Of a stretch of DNA of 64,000 nucleotides, positions 1 to 9,895 are shown piece by piece. The notes under the pieces are model-generated. The model did not search any database. It was not told where the DNA came from and was given only the letters and a program-made list of their open reading frames with translations. The stretch lies in assembly GCA_029258915.1 (NCBI GenBank), contig JAPDJU010000005.1, forward strand, positions 265,797-329,796, read 5' to 3'. Within the stretch, counting starts at the first letter, position 1, and each line of letters opens with the position of its first letter. A program made the translations under genes and the position numbers. This DNA is from Thermoproteota archaeon (GTDB taxonomy: Archaea; Thermoproteota; Thermoprotei_A; EX4484-217-1).

Positions 1-2
1 GA

Positions 3-191
3 GGCGAAATATCAGGTCTTGAATCACGTATAGGAAGCATCGAAGGGGTTCTTGAAGATATAAGGACAGCTATAAGCGATTTGGAAAGCAATGTTGCTAG
101 CGTAAGCTCGCTAGTATATGGTGCTCTCGGCGCTGGCATCCTAGGTATTATCCTAGGTATTATCGCCATAGTTCTGGGAAGAAGAAGGTAA
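3..191 (+). CDS. 3' end (partial) of a C-terminally membrane-anchored protein, probably the substrate-binding protein of the downstream ABC operon
   Basis: Manual translation GEISGLESRIGSIEGVLEDIRTAISDLESNVASVSSLVYGALGAGILGIILGIIAIVLGRRR*: coiled coil, TM helix, basic tail; directly upstream of permease genes. Confidence 0.6.
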   Translation, partial: GEISGLESRIGSIEGVLEDIRTAISDLESNVASVSSLVYGALGAGILGIILGIIAIVLGRRR

Positions 192-317
192 TTTTCTTAT
201 AAACAAAGTAGGCTTTTTCTTTACTATTCTAATTCCTCCTAAATAACTACAATGGTAAAGTTAAGCTTGTTTGTGAGCAAAACAATTAAATATTCCTCAT
301 CTTAGTTTTAAAAGAGA

Positions 318-379
318 ATGAATGAGCTTACCTAGCTGAAACGGCCTAGCCCTTGGTGGTGAGGGTACAGTATTGCTGA
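318..379 (+). ncRNA. Possible C/D-box sRNA
   Basis: ATGAATGA (C-like) - 10 nt - CTGA (D') - spacer - GTGGTGA (C') - 13 nt - CTGA (D); boxes degenerate. Confidence 0.35.
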
Positions 380-402
380 AATATCATAGATCCCGGGAAG
401 TT

Positions 403-1455
403 ATGCGTATTATACGATTTATAGGTATAAGAACGTTAATAGTGGCTATTTCTCTTATAATAGCTATTTATCTTACAGTAATCGTAGCTAACATGGGTGG
501 TCATATAGATAAGATAATGGAGTCTGAAGTTAAGCTTAGAGTATATGCGAGGCTAAGAAATGACCCTACATGGAAAGCTTTACCAGCAGAGGAAAGAGAA
601 AGAATAGCGCAAAGTCGAATACAACAGGAACTAGAAAGGCTAGGATTAACACAGCCTTTTATTGTAAGAAGCTTCAAGTATCTACAAGATGCTTTGACAC
701 TTAACCTAGGTAGAGCCTTATATATAACTAGTGGAGGAGGTTCCAAGAGAATATGGGACATAATTCTTGAACGTTTGCCACCAACGGTTTTGCTATTCAC
801 GACAGCAAATGTTCTTATATTTTTCGCAGAAATACTTATCGGATTAACTGCGTCTAGAAAGTACGGTTCTAAACTTGATAAAACCATTGTAGGGTTTGCA
901 TGGTTGTCTTCAATGCCAGGCTGGTTTTACGGAATATTCCTAATACTCATATTTGCTGCTTGGCTCAGAGTACTACCTTATGGTGGCATGGTCGATGCCC
1001 CTCCACCCGAAGAACTTCACCTATATGCTTTAAGCGTGTTAAAACATATGGTGTTACCTTTAGCTTCATGGCTTATAGCCTACATACCCATTGGAGCTTA
1101 CTCTCGTAGAACATTCTTCCTTCTCTTTTCCATGGAAGACTACGTAGACTATGCTAGAGCTAGAGGCGTCCCTCCAAGGATTATTGAAAGAAGATACATA
1201 CTTAGACCCACGCTCCCCCCGATAATAACTTCGTTTGTTCTAACATTGATTGTTTCGTGGATGGGAGCTATGGTTACGGAGAGAGTTTTTTCATGGCCAG
1301 GACTGGGCACGCTTATGAGAGAAGCCATAGGTATTAATGATGCACCAGTTATCATAGGTGTAATTACCATCTATGCGTACTTACTGGCTATAAGCGTCAT
1401 TGCCTTAGACATAGCATATGCAATTATTGATCCTAGAATTAGAGTAGGAGGTTAG
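403..1455 (+). CDS. Oligopeptide/dipeptide ABC transporter permease (OppB/DppB family)
   Basis: TM helices, EAA loop EDYVDYARARG, FSWPGLG, C-terminal IDPRIR; ATG at 403 preferred over TTG at 373. Confidence 0.9.
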   Translation: MRIIRFIGIRTLIVAISLIIAIYLTVIVANMGGHIDKIMESEVKLRVYARLRNDPTWKALPAEERERIAQSRIQQELERLGLTQPFIVRSFKYLQDALTLNLGRALYITSGGGSKRIWDIILERLPPTVLLFTTANVLIFFAEILIGLTASRKYGSKLDKTIVGFAWLSSMPGWFYGIFLILIFAAWLRVLPYGGMVDAPPPEELHLYALSVLKHMVLPLASWLIAYIPIGAYSRRTFFLLFSMEDYVDYARARGVPPRIIERRYILRPTLPPIITSFVLTLIVSWMGAMVTERVFSWPGLGTLMREAIGINDAPVIIGVITIYAYLLAISVIALDIAYAIIDPRIRVGG

Positions 1456-1457
1456 AT

Positions 1458-2867
1458 ATGGCGACACGTCTAAGAGAATCAATCAAAATACTTTTCAGAT
1501 ACAAATCATTTATCATAGGCTTATTTATGATAATGTTCTTCGTAATATTATCCATATATGCTATTGTGATCATACCTTATGATAAAGCTATTCGTATGTG
1601 GAATTCCATAGAGTATTGGGAAGATTATCCTAAATTAGCGCTTCCGGCATGGATAAATAGTTTTTCCTCTAAGAAATTACCTGAAGGAACAATAATACTT
1701 GACTCTAGAAAAACAGAGTTAGGAATTACTAAGTCTGTTCAAAGAATAGAGTTTGGTGGAGTAGGTACTTTAATAAACATAAATATGAGATTCACTTACG
1801 AATACGAGGATTTCCCCTCAGAAATAGCATTATGGTTCTATGTTAACACAACAGAGCCCATGTTAATAATAATTACATGGGTAAAACCTGATGGAACAGA
1901 GGTTTTGGTGTACAGAGAAGTGCTGAGCAGTTATCAGTATTATAGGCTAACGGGAGACCTTGAATTCATTTCTAGGTTTGAAGCAAGGCTTATAAGCAAA
2001 CTCGGCAAAAAACCTAACTATCAAATACCTAGTGAAATAGCCTTATTTGCAAAGGAAGATGAAACAATTTTAGATAAAGAAACTGTTACTCCTCTCAAAG
2101 GTAAATACCAAGTCAAAATAAAAGCCAGAACAGGGGATCCTAAAGCTAATTTAGATGTGAAGATAAACATTTACGGTAAGGTCTATGGCCTTTTAGGAAC
2201 AGATGATAGAAGAAGAGACTTATTAATAGGTATCTTATGGGGAGCTCCTTTAGCGCTCTCCTTTGGAGTTCTTGCATCTGTTGCTACTGTTCTTTTACAA
2301 ATGATTATCGCAGCCATCGCGGCTTGGTATGGTGGCTGGGTTGATCATTTAATATCTAGGATAAACGAAGTCGTAATGATTATCCCATTCCTACCTTTAC
2401 TAATAATGATATCTTATTTCTACAAATTTAGCATATGGACGCTTCTTATAGTTGTTGTAGCCCTCAGCATGTTTGGCCCGGGAGTTAAAACTTACAGAGC
2501 TATGTTCTTACAAGTAAGGGAAATGCCCTATATTGAGGCTGCTCAAGCATATGGTGCTAGCAATGCTAGGATCATATTACGATACATGGTGCCGAAGATT
2601 CTTCCGACAATAGTACCTAACATAGTTTTAGCTGTACCATCGTTCGTATTCTTAGAAGCAGCATTAGCAATATTAGGCGTAGGAGATCCGCAAGCAATTA
2701 CCTGGGGTAAAATACTAGATGAAGCTTACACGGGTGGTGCACTATATTGGGGCCGTTACCACTGGATTTTAGCGCCTTCCCTTTGCTTAGTATTAATCTC
2801 CATAGGTTTTGCTTTAATGGGCTTTACCCTTGACAGAGTATTTAATCCTAGATTAAGGGAGATGTAG
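1458..2867 (+). CDS. ABC transporter permease (OppC/DppC family) with large extracytoplasmic insertion
   Basis: LLGTDDRRRDL motif, YIEAAQAYGAS EAA loop, NPRLR end; ~190 aa soluble insert after TM1. Confidence 0.9.
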   Translation: MATRLRESIKILFRYKSFIIGLFMIMFFVILSIYAIVIIPYDKAIRMWNSIEYWEDYPKLALPAWINSFSSKKLPEGTIILDSRKTELGITKSVQRIEFGGVGTLININMRFTYEYEDFPSEIALWFYVNTTEPMLIIITWVKPDGTEVLVYREVLSSYQYYRLTGDLEFISRFEARLISKLGKKPNYQIPSEIALFAKEDETILDKETVTPLKGKYQVKIKARTGDPKANLDVKINIYGKVYGLLGTDDRRRDLLIGILWGAPLALSFGVLASVATVLLQMIIAAIAAWYGGWVDHLISRINEVVMIIPFLPLLIMISYFYKFSIWTLLIVVVALSMFGPGVKTYRAMFLQVREMPYIEAAQAYGASNARIILRYMVPKILPTIVPNIVLAVPSFVFLEAALAILGVGDPQAITWGKILDEAYTGGALYWGRYHWILAPSLCLVLISIGFALMGFTLDRVFNPRLREM

Positions 2868-2870
2868 AAT

Positions 2871-3830
2871 ATGGACGAAATCCTTGAAGCAGAGGATCTC
2901 TACCTATATTTTAGAACTTCAAGAGGAGATGTAAGAGCTGTTGACGGAGTCTCATTTAGTATCCTACGTGGAGAAACTTTAGCAGTAATTGGCGAATCAG
3001 GATGCGGTAAAACATCTTTAGCTAGGGCCTTAATGAGATATCTTCCGAGAAATGTATCACTTTACCGGGGAAAAGTGATTATTGATGGAATAAACGTAAT
3101 AAAACTTAGTGATAGAGAGTTTGATGAGAAAATCCGCTGGGTTAAAATCTCTTACGTGTCCCAAGCGGCTATGAACAGTTTAAACCCTGTGATTAAAGTT
3201 GTAGATCACCTAATAGAACCCCTTATTCTGAGAGAGATGGCAGCTAAAGAGGCTGCAATTGAAAAAGCTAAGGAAATGTTAAAATTAGTTGGTATTCCTG
3301 AAGATTTTCTTTATAGGTATCCCTTTGAACTTAGCGGGGGTATGAGGCAAAGAGTAGTAATAGCCCTTTCTCTAATAACTAAACCCAACATTGTTATACT
3401 TGATGAACCCACATCGGCTTTAGACGTTATGACTCAGGCAAATATTATAAATCTTCTCAAAAAGTTAAAAAGGGAGCTTAGATTAACATACATATTCATA
3501 ACGCATGATATAGGTACTTCAAGCGAGTTAGCTGATAAAGTTGCTGTCATGTATGCAGGTAAAATAGTTGAGTTTGGATCGTCAGAACAAGTATATGTAG
3601 ATCCTTTACATCCATATTCTAAAGCTCTATTAAATAGCGTACCACGCTTACACGAAGAAAGAATACCAACATTTGTTCCTGGTGCTCCTCCTAGCCTTAT
3701 AAACCCGCCAAAAGGTTGCAGATTTAGACCCAGATGCCCAAATGCAATGCCAATATGTGAAAAAGAGCCTCCACTAATTAAAATAAATAAGGAAAGTTAT
3801 GTTCAATGCTGGCTTTACACAGAAAAATAG
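2871..3830 (+). CDS. ABC transporter ATP-binding protein (OppD/DppD)
   Basis: GESGCGKT, LSGGMRQR, DEPT, HPY and C-terminal Cys cluster. Confidence 0.95.
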   Translation: MDEILEAEDLYLYFRTSRGDVRAVDGVSFSILRGETLAVIGESGCGKTSLARALMRYLPRNVSLYRGKVIIDGINVIKLSDREFDEKIRWVKISYVSQAAMNSLNPVIKVVDHLIEPLILREMAAKEAAIEKAKEMLKLVGIPEDFLYRYPFELSGGMRQRVVIALSLITKPNIVILDEPTSALDVMTQANIINLLKKLKRELRLTYIFITHDIGTSSELADKVAVMYAGKIVEFGSSEQVYVDPLHPYSKALLNSVPRLHEERIPTFVPGAPPSLINPPKGCRFRPRCPNAMPICEKEPPLIKINKESYVQCWLYTEK

Positions 3831-3835
3831 GAGGC

Positions 3836-4846
3836 ATGGTGGTTAAAATAAGCAAGACATTCATTAATGATGACAGGGAAAACCTTCTTGAAGTAAAAGG
3901 CTTAAGAATATGGTATCCTATACGAAAGTTTCTAAGCATAGTAGGATACGTGAAAGCTGTTGATGGAGTTTCGTTTAGTGTTAAGAAAGGAGAAATTTTC
4001 GGCGTAGTTGGCGAAAGCGGTTGCGGTAAAACAACCCTAGGCAAAGGAATATTGAGATTACTTAAACCCACTAGCGGTCACATATATTTCGAAGGTAAGG
4101 ATGTTGCACGTATTAAAGGTAAAAAGCTTAAGTGGTATAGAAGAGTTACAGGTATTGTACAGCAAGACCCTTATGGTGCGATGCCCCCGTTTATGCCGGT
4201 TAAAACAATATTAGAGGAGCCTTTAAAAATACACGGAGTGTCTAAAGAAGAAAGAAAAGAAAGGGTAATAAAGGCGCTAGAAGAAGTAAAGCTCACGCCC
4301 CCCGAGGATTTCCTTAATAAGTATCCTCATATGCTCAGCGGAGGCCAATTACAGAGAGTAGCCATAGCAAGAGCATTTATACTTAAACCTAAATTAGTTG
4401 TAGCTGACGAACCTGTGTCCATGCTTGATGCATCGGTTAGAGTTGAAACCTTAATGCTATTTAAAGAGCTCCAGAAAAAGCATAAAGTATCAGTAATTTA
4501 CATCACACATGACTTTTCAACGTCAAAATATTTCTCGGATAGAATAAGTGTAATGTATGCAGGCCACATAGTCGAGTTAGGACCTGCTAGAAAAGTAATG
4601 AGCGACTCTAAACATCCATATACATCACATCTTATAAAGGTTATACCAGATCCCGATCCTAAAAACAGGTTTGTGTTTAAAGAAACCTTACCAGGTGAAC
4701 CACCTAGTCTTGCCAATCCTCCTCCTGGTTGTAGGCTTTCGCCAAGATGTCCCTATGTAATGAACATATGCAAGGAAAAAGAACCACCAATGATAAGAGT
4801 ATCTCAGGAACAGTACGTGAAGTGTTGGTTATATGCACGCAAATAA
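3836..4846 (+). CDS. ABC transporter ATP-binding protein (OppF/DppF)
   Basis: GESGCGKT, LSGGQLQR, DEPVS, HPY, Cys-rich tail; GGAGG precedes ATG at 3836. Confidence 0.95.
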   Translation: MVVKISKTFINDDRENLLEVKGLRIWYPIRKFLSIVGYVKAVDGVSFSVKKGEIFGVVGESGCGKTTLGKGILRLLKPTSGHIYFEGKDVARIKGKKLKWYRRVTGIVQQDPYGAMPPFMPVKTILEEPLKIHGVSKEERKERVIKALEEVKLTPPEDFLNKYPHMLSGGQLQRVAIARAFILKPKLVVADEPVSMLDASVRVETLMLFKELQKKHKVSVIYITHDFSTSKYFSDRISVMYAGHIVELGPARKVMSDSKHPYTSHLIKVIPDPDPKNRFVFKETLPGEPPSLANPPPGCRLSPRCPYVMNICKEKEPPMIRVSQEQYVKCWLYARK

Positions 4847-5051
4847 CCCTAAAATTTTAACAGTAATCGGAGCACTAATGCTAATTAGCGGATGGGCAAT
4901 AGCGTTTTTAACTGTTATTAAGATTATTGAGGAAAACCTGTATCTCATAATATTAGCGTACGGAATAAACCTTGTAGGTTTATTTATTGGACTATATGGA
5001 GTAAGTTCCTATATATATGTTAAGAGACGTGAAAAGAAGCAGAAAAAATAG
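4833..5051 (+). CDS. Small two-TM membrane protein
   Basis: 72 aa, two hydrophobic helices and basic tail; overlaps end of ABC operon. Confidence 0.6.
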   Translation: MHANNPKILTVIGALMLISGWAIAFLTVIKIIEENLYLIILAYGINLVGLFIGLYGVSSYIYVKRREKKQKK

Positions 5052-5303
5052 TTTTAAGTAAAGCCACTTAAGTGCTTTAAATCACATCACTTAAACCATA
5101 ATACAAGTTTAACTATGAAAATACCCTTACTTCTGGTTACAGTATTCTTTAAAATGACACTATGCTGTCGTTAAAGTTTTCACAATTACGCTACTATAAT
5201 GTTTTAAATGATGTTGAATAGTACAGATATGTACATACACAAAATATTTAAGCACGCCCTTAACTAAATTGAGTGAATACAAATACAGGGTGAATTTGAA
5301 AAA

Positions 5304-7502
5304 ATGAGTTTAAGAAAAGCAATATCCAAGACTGCCGCTATTGCTATCGCTGTAATTTTGATTGTAGTTGTTGTTGCTGGAATGTATTTCGCAATGGCAC
5401 CTACTCCAACACCGACACCATCGCCAACAACTACACCTCCAGTATCGCCAACTCCAACACCAACAAGTCCAACTCCGACACCACCGCCTCGTACTAAAAC
5501 AATGCATAAGAGAGTAATCTACATTATAAATAACGACGCTACTGCTAGAATTCAACTTTACAGGGCAGGTGTTGGTGATAGAGCAGCAATACCACCGGAT
5601 AGAATAAAAGATGTTGAAGGTACAATCTTAGGTAACTACCAGATAGTTGTCGAGAAAAGGCCGGACCTCGTACTATTAACAGTATACTTTGCTGTACTAA
5701 ATACTCAAAGAGAACCACTAAACAATGTATATGTTAGACAAGCTCTCTCATGGGCTGTACCTTATGACACCATATTTGAGAAAGTATATGCTGGCTTATT
5801 AGTACCATATTATGGTGTCATACCTAAAGGTCTACTTGGTTATACAGAGTATAAGATTTTCAAATACGAATTTAACATGGATAAGGCCAGCGAACTTATT
5901 GAAAAATCAGGTATTGATCCATCACAGTATACGCTAACTATATACTACAACATAGGCAATGACCCCAGAGCTCAAACTGCTGCTTTACTAGCCAACACTT
6001 GGGGTAGACTAGGATTTAATATTGTAATTCAGCCATTAAGCTGGCCTGTAGTACTACATAAGACAGCTCATGGAGACTATGACGTATGGCTTGTTGGCTG
6101 GGTACCAGACTACCTAGACCCTGACAACTATGCTGGCCCAATGTTCTATGGAGGTATAGAATTCGATGAGTTAAACGTCTTCACAGTTGAATCTTCAGCT
6201 GAAATATCTGCTCACTTAAAGAACGCTAAAGTATTTGATACTGAAGAAGCATGGGTTGTTGTTGGAGAAAAAGGCACCGGAGCAACTGTACCTGAACTAA
6301 CAGGCAAGAGAATAGTAGTAGTACAGTACATGCCAAACTGGGAGGAAACGTTTACTATAGAAAAAGCTATGGAGGAAGGTTGGGGCTTCTCATACATTAA
6401 CCCGGCATTTTACAGAAACGTTACAACAGATGCTCTAATAATTGCTGCTAGAAGAGTAGCTGACATATCACTTAGAAGACCTGTATGTGAAGCAATATTT
6501 AGAGCATCAAACTATGAAGCACCATTCATATGGCTAGGTCAATACATATTCTTAAGACACTATTGGAACTGGGTTGGAGGGATATACTATCACCCAACAT
6601 TAGTTCCCAGATTTGACTTAGTATGGGAATGGAGTGATGCCCCAGTAGCTGATACCGGTATTAAAGAGTATAAGAATGATCCAGAAACGTACGTTATAGT
6701 CACTATTGGATGGCCTGATACTTTTGACCCTGCTAAAAGCTATGAAACTTTTGGATGGCAAATATTCCATCAAGTAGGAGACCCCTTAGTAACATATTGG
6801 AAAGAAGAAACAGAAGAAGTTTCACCAGATCTAGCAGTAGCATGGGCATTCGATGAATCTGGAACTGAATGGTACTTTATAATTAGAGGAGGAGTTGTAG
6901 CCTACGATCCATGGAATGATAAAACATATCCTATTGACGCAACGGATGTAATGTTTGAAATATGGAGACTAGCCAGGTCACAGCTGGATCCAACATGGAT
7001 GATAGCAGAGTTCATAGACGTTAATGCATCTAAGGTGTTAAGTGAAGAGGAATTTGATACTTTATTAGCCGAGAAACCACTGAAAGTAGCCTGGAGAGGT
7101 AAATCCGGCGAAGTAAGTTCATTAGATGAACTATTAAGCTTCTTTGGATATGAAGGCGACACAGCAGGAGTAGTAATGTTGAAACTATATCACCCATATG
7201 TACCATTCTTAAGCATCTTAGCTGACCCATTTGTCATGGTTGTTCCCGCAGAATACATGCTCGGAGATAAGTATGAGGAAGTTATGGAAGCCGGTGAATG
7301 GGGTAAGAATCCATCAGCATGGGCAGCATATGTACAACCAGGAGAAGAAGATCCAATACACAAGCTATTAGCAGAAAAACTAGTAGGTACTGGACCATTC
7401 TACATAAAAGAATATGTTGAAGACAGCTACATAGTATTAGAGATTAACCCATACTACTGGAATGCAACATTATGGGAACAACTCTACGGATACAAACCAT
7501 AA
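5304..7502 (+). CDS. ABC transporter substrate-binding protein, family 5 (OppA/DppA-like), apparently circularly permuted
   Basis: N-terminal signal/anchor (class III-like RKA|IS), Pro/Thr linker, motifs VRQAL, GWVPDYLDPDN, PDTFDPA, PDLA, GTGPF, NPYYW in non-canonical order. Confidence 0.9.
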   Translation: MSLRKAISKTAAIAIAVILIVVVVAGMYFAMAPTPTPTPSPTTTPPVSPTPTPTSPTPTPPPRTKTMHKRVIYIINNDATARIQLYRAGVGDRAAIPPDRIKDVEGTILGNYQIVVEKRPDLVLLTVYFAVLNTQREPLNNVYVRQALSWAVPYDTIFEKVYAGLLVPYYGVIPKGLLGYTEYKIFKYEFNMDKASELIEKSGIDPSQYTLTIYYNIGNDPRAQTAALLANTWGRLGFNIVIQPLSWPVVLHKTAHGDYDVWLVGWVPDYLDPDNYAGPMFYGGIEFDELNVFTVESSAEISAHLKNAKVFDTEEAWVVVGEKGTGATVPELTGKRIVVVQYMPNWEETFTIEKAMEEGWGFSYINPAFYRNVTTDALIIAARRVADISLRRPVCEAIFRASNYEAPFIWLGQYIFLRHYWNWVGGIYYHPTLVPRFDLVWEWSDAPVADTGIKEYKNDPETYVIVTIGWPDTFDPAKSYETFGWQIFHQVGDPLVTYWKEETEEVSPDLAVAWAFDESGTEWYFIIRGGVVAYDPWNDKTYPIDATDVMFEIWRLARSQLDPTWMIAEFIDVNASKVLSEEEFDTLLAEKPLKVAWRGKSGEVSSLDELLSFFGYEGDTAGVVMLKLYHPYVPFLSILADPFVMVVPAEYMLGDKYEEVMEAGEWGKNPSAWAAYVQPGEEDPIHKLLAEKLVGTGPFYIKEYVEDSYIVLEINPYYWNATLWEQLYGYKP
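5400..5489 (+). repeat. Low-complexity Pro/Thr/Ser linker
   Basis: Encodes PTPTPTPSPTTTPPVSPTPTPTSPTPTPPP. Confidence 0.8.
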
Positions 7503-7664
7503 AAACATTAAGCCTAAACATTATTTTTCTAACAAAAACAAGTTCACACATAAAAAATTTTTAATCTCTTATAGTTCTATGTTAAATGTTCCTATAATGA
7601 TAAAGTTTATTAGATACCTCCTTTTCAACTACCATGAATAAATTTAGAACATTTACTCAGCGGG

Positions 7665-8717
7665 TTGAACGCATTGGCTGGGTTAAAAGAATACCTAGTT
7701 AGAAGAGCAGTTACATTCATCCCCACACTATTAGGTGTGACACTAATAGTATTTATAATTGCAAACATTATTCCAGCAGATCCTGCAAGAGCATGGGCTG
7801 GAGGTGAGAGAGCAAGACCTGAAATTGTTGCAAGAATTAGAAAGCAATACCATCTTGATGATCCATGGTATATACAATACGTTTTCGTAATGAAGGGTAT
7901 TATAAGTTACTTTACTTCACCTACGCATGAGGGAGCAATAATTGATCCCTTAACTAGCAAGTATGTTTTTGACAATATTTTTCTAAGATTTCCTACAACA
8001 TTTCAGCTAGCCTTATTCGCAGAAATATTTATCCTAACTATAGGTATTCCTTTAGGCTTAATTTCAGCTTTAAAAAGAAATACTTGGATCGATACATTTG
8101 TAAGGTTTTTCGCCTTAACAGGAACGTCAATGCCTATTTTCTGGTTTGGCTACTTAATGATGTGGGTTTTCTTCTCCCATCTTCGATGGACAAGTTTAGC
8201 AGGAGTACCTTCACCTAGATGCTATGAATCAGGCACATGTCCTATAACGACATATATTCCAATATTTGACGCTTTAATAGCAGGCGAATATGATATAGTT
8301 ATGCAAGTAATTAGAAGGTTCTGGCTTCCCGGGTTTGTTTTAGGGTTTAGAGCTGCTGGTGTTTTAGCTAGGATAGTTAGGAACTCGTTCTTAGATGCTT
8401 TAAGCTCGGATTTCATAGAATTCGCTAAAGCTAAAGGGCTACCTAAAAGATGGATATGGAAACATGCTTTGAAAAACGCTTTTGTTCCTGTAATAACTGT
8501 CATAGGATTGCAATTCGGTGGATTATTAGGAGGCGCTGTAATAACAGAAACAGTCTTTGGGCTTCCAGGTATTGGAAGGTATGCTGTTAATTCAATAAAC
8601 TACTTAAACATGCCAGCAGTAATCGGTGTAACATTAATGTTTGCATTTATGTATATGCTGGTTAATCTTATGGTTGATATAGTCTATTCAGCTTTAGATC
8701 CAAGAATAAGATATTAA
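7665..8717 (+). CDS. ABC transporter permease (DppB)
   Basis: PADPA, DFIEFAKAKG, TETVFGLPGIG, LDPRIRY. Confidence 0.93.
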   Translation: MNALAGLKEYLVRRAVTFIPTLLGVTLIVFIIANIIPADPARAWAGGERARPEIVARIRKQYHLDDPWYIQYVFVMKGIISYFTSPTHEGAIIDPLTSKYVFDNIFLRFPTTFQLALFAEIFILTIGIPLGLISALKRNTWIDTFVRFFALTGTSMPIFWFGYLMMWVFFSHLRWTSLAGVPSPRCYESGTCPITTYIPIFDALIAGEYDIVMQVIRRFWLPGFVLGFRAAGVLARIVRNSFLDALSSDFIEFAKAKGLPKRWIWKHALKNAFVPVITVIGLQFGGLLGGAVITETVFGLPGIGRYAVNSINYLNMPAVIGVTLMFAFMYMLVNLMVDIVYSALDPRIRY

Positions 8718-8728
8718 GGTGAAAGCAG

Positions 8729-9895
8729 GTGACTCTTGTTTCTGAGGAAGTATATGAGAAGAAAATCCTTGACAAAGTAATTGACAGGCTTGTAGATGGC
8801 GTTGCAAAGGTAATAGATAAGTTCAAACCAGGATGGTCCGTAAAGAATAGATCTAAAATAGATGAATGGAAGTTAATGTTTTATGCTTTTAATAGGTCTC
8901 CACCAGGCTTAATAGGTGCAGCTTTAATACTAGGTTTCATAGCAATAGGTATTTTTGGACCGTATTTCGCACCTTACAGCTATAGGCTGTTCTTATTCAT
9001 AGAGCATGAAGAAACGTATCTTGTCCCACCTGGATCGACCATAGTATCTAAGGGAGAAACGTTTTATTTTCCACTAGGAACGGATAAGTATGGTAGAGAT
9101 TTGTTAAGCTTAATATTATATGGTGCAAGGGTTTCATTGGTTGTTTCAATGATAGTTATAGCTTTAGGTGTGCCTTTAGGCATAGTTTTAGGTTTAGTAG
9201 CGGGATATTTTGGAGGAAAAATAGATGAAATAATAATGAGAATTACAGATACATTCCTAGCATTTCCCGCTTTAATTTTGGCTATTGCTTTTGCAGCTGT
9301 TTTACCTGAAAGGCTAAGACCTATGATAATATATAATGAGCAGTTGAAAACATTGTTATCAATATTCTTTGCTGCCGACCCTAGGGATGCAGCTAATTTT
9401 GCACCAATACTTTCAGTTATACTTGCAATAATTATCGTTTGGTGGCCTGGCTATACTCGAATAATTAGAGGAAGTGTACTTAGTGTTAGAGAAAACCTTT
9501 ACGTTGAAGCAGCTAGAGCATTAGGTGTAAGTACATGGAAGATATTAACTAAACATATCCTGCCAAACGTTATTTCACCAGTATTGGTTCTCATAACTCT
9601 TGATGTTGGTGCAGTTATCCTTGTTGAAGCAGGCTTAAGCTTTTTAGGTCTTGGAGCTCAAGACCCTATGATAGACTGGGGTAAAATAGTTTTCGATGGA
9701 GCTCAATACTTCCCAGATAGATGGTGGCTGGTACTTTTCCCTGGGCTTGCAACATTCTTAGCAGTTTTAGGTTGGAACCTTGTAGGTGACACTTTAAGGG
9801 ACGTATTAGACCCGAAAACTAGGAGGAGCATAGAATTTAAAGTTAAAAAGAAAAAGCTGGCTGCAACATCAGAAGATGGAGGAGCTAGTCAATGA
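8729..9895 (+). CDS. ABC transporter permease (DppC)
   Basis: PLGTDKYGRD, YVEAARALG, LSFLGLG, LRDVLDP. Confidence 0.93.
   Translation: MTLVSEEVYEKKILDKVIDRLVDGVAKVIDKFKPGWSVKNRSKIDEWKLMFYAFNRSPPGLIGAALILGFIAIGIFGPYFAPYSYRLFLFIEHEETYLVPPGSTIVSKGETFYFPLGTDKYGRDLLSLILYGARVSLVVSMIVIALGVPLGIVLGLVAGYFGGKIDEIIMRITDTFLAFPALILAIAFAAVLPERLRPMIIYNEQLKTLLSIFFAADPRDAANFAPILSVILAIIIVWWPGYTRIIRGSVLSVRENLYVEAARALGVSTWKILTKHILPNVISPVLVLITLDVGAVILVEAGLSFLGLGAQDPMIDWGKIVFDGAQYFPDRWWLVLFPGLATFLAVLGWNLVGDTLRDVLDPKTRRSIEFKVKKKKLAATSEDGGASQ

Noticed and set aside
5060-5078. Imperfect palindrome AAAGCCACTTAAGTGCTTT after first ABC operon
   Set aside because: Short and AT-rich; could be chance or a terminator element, no further support
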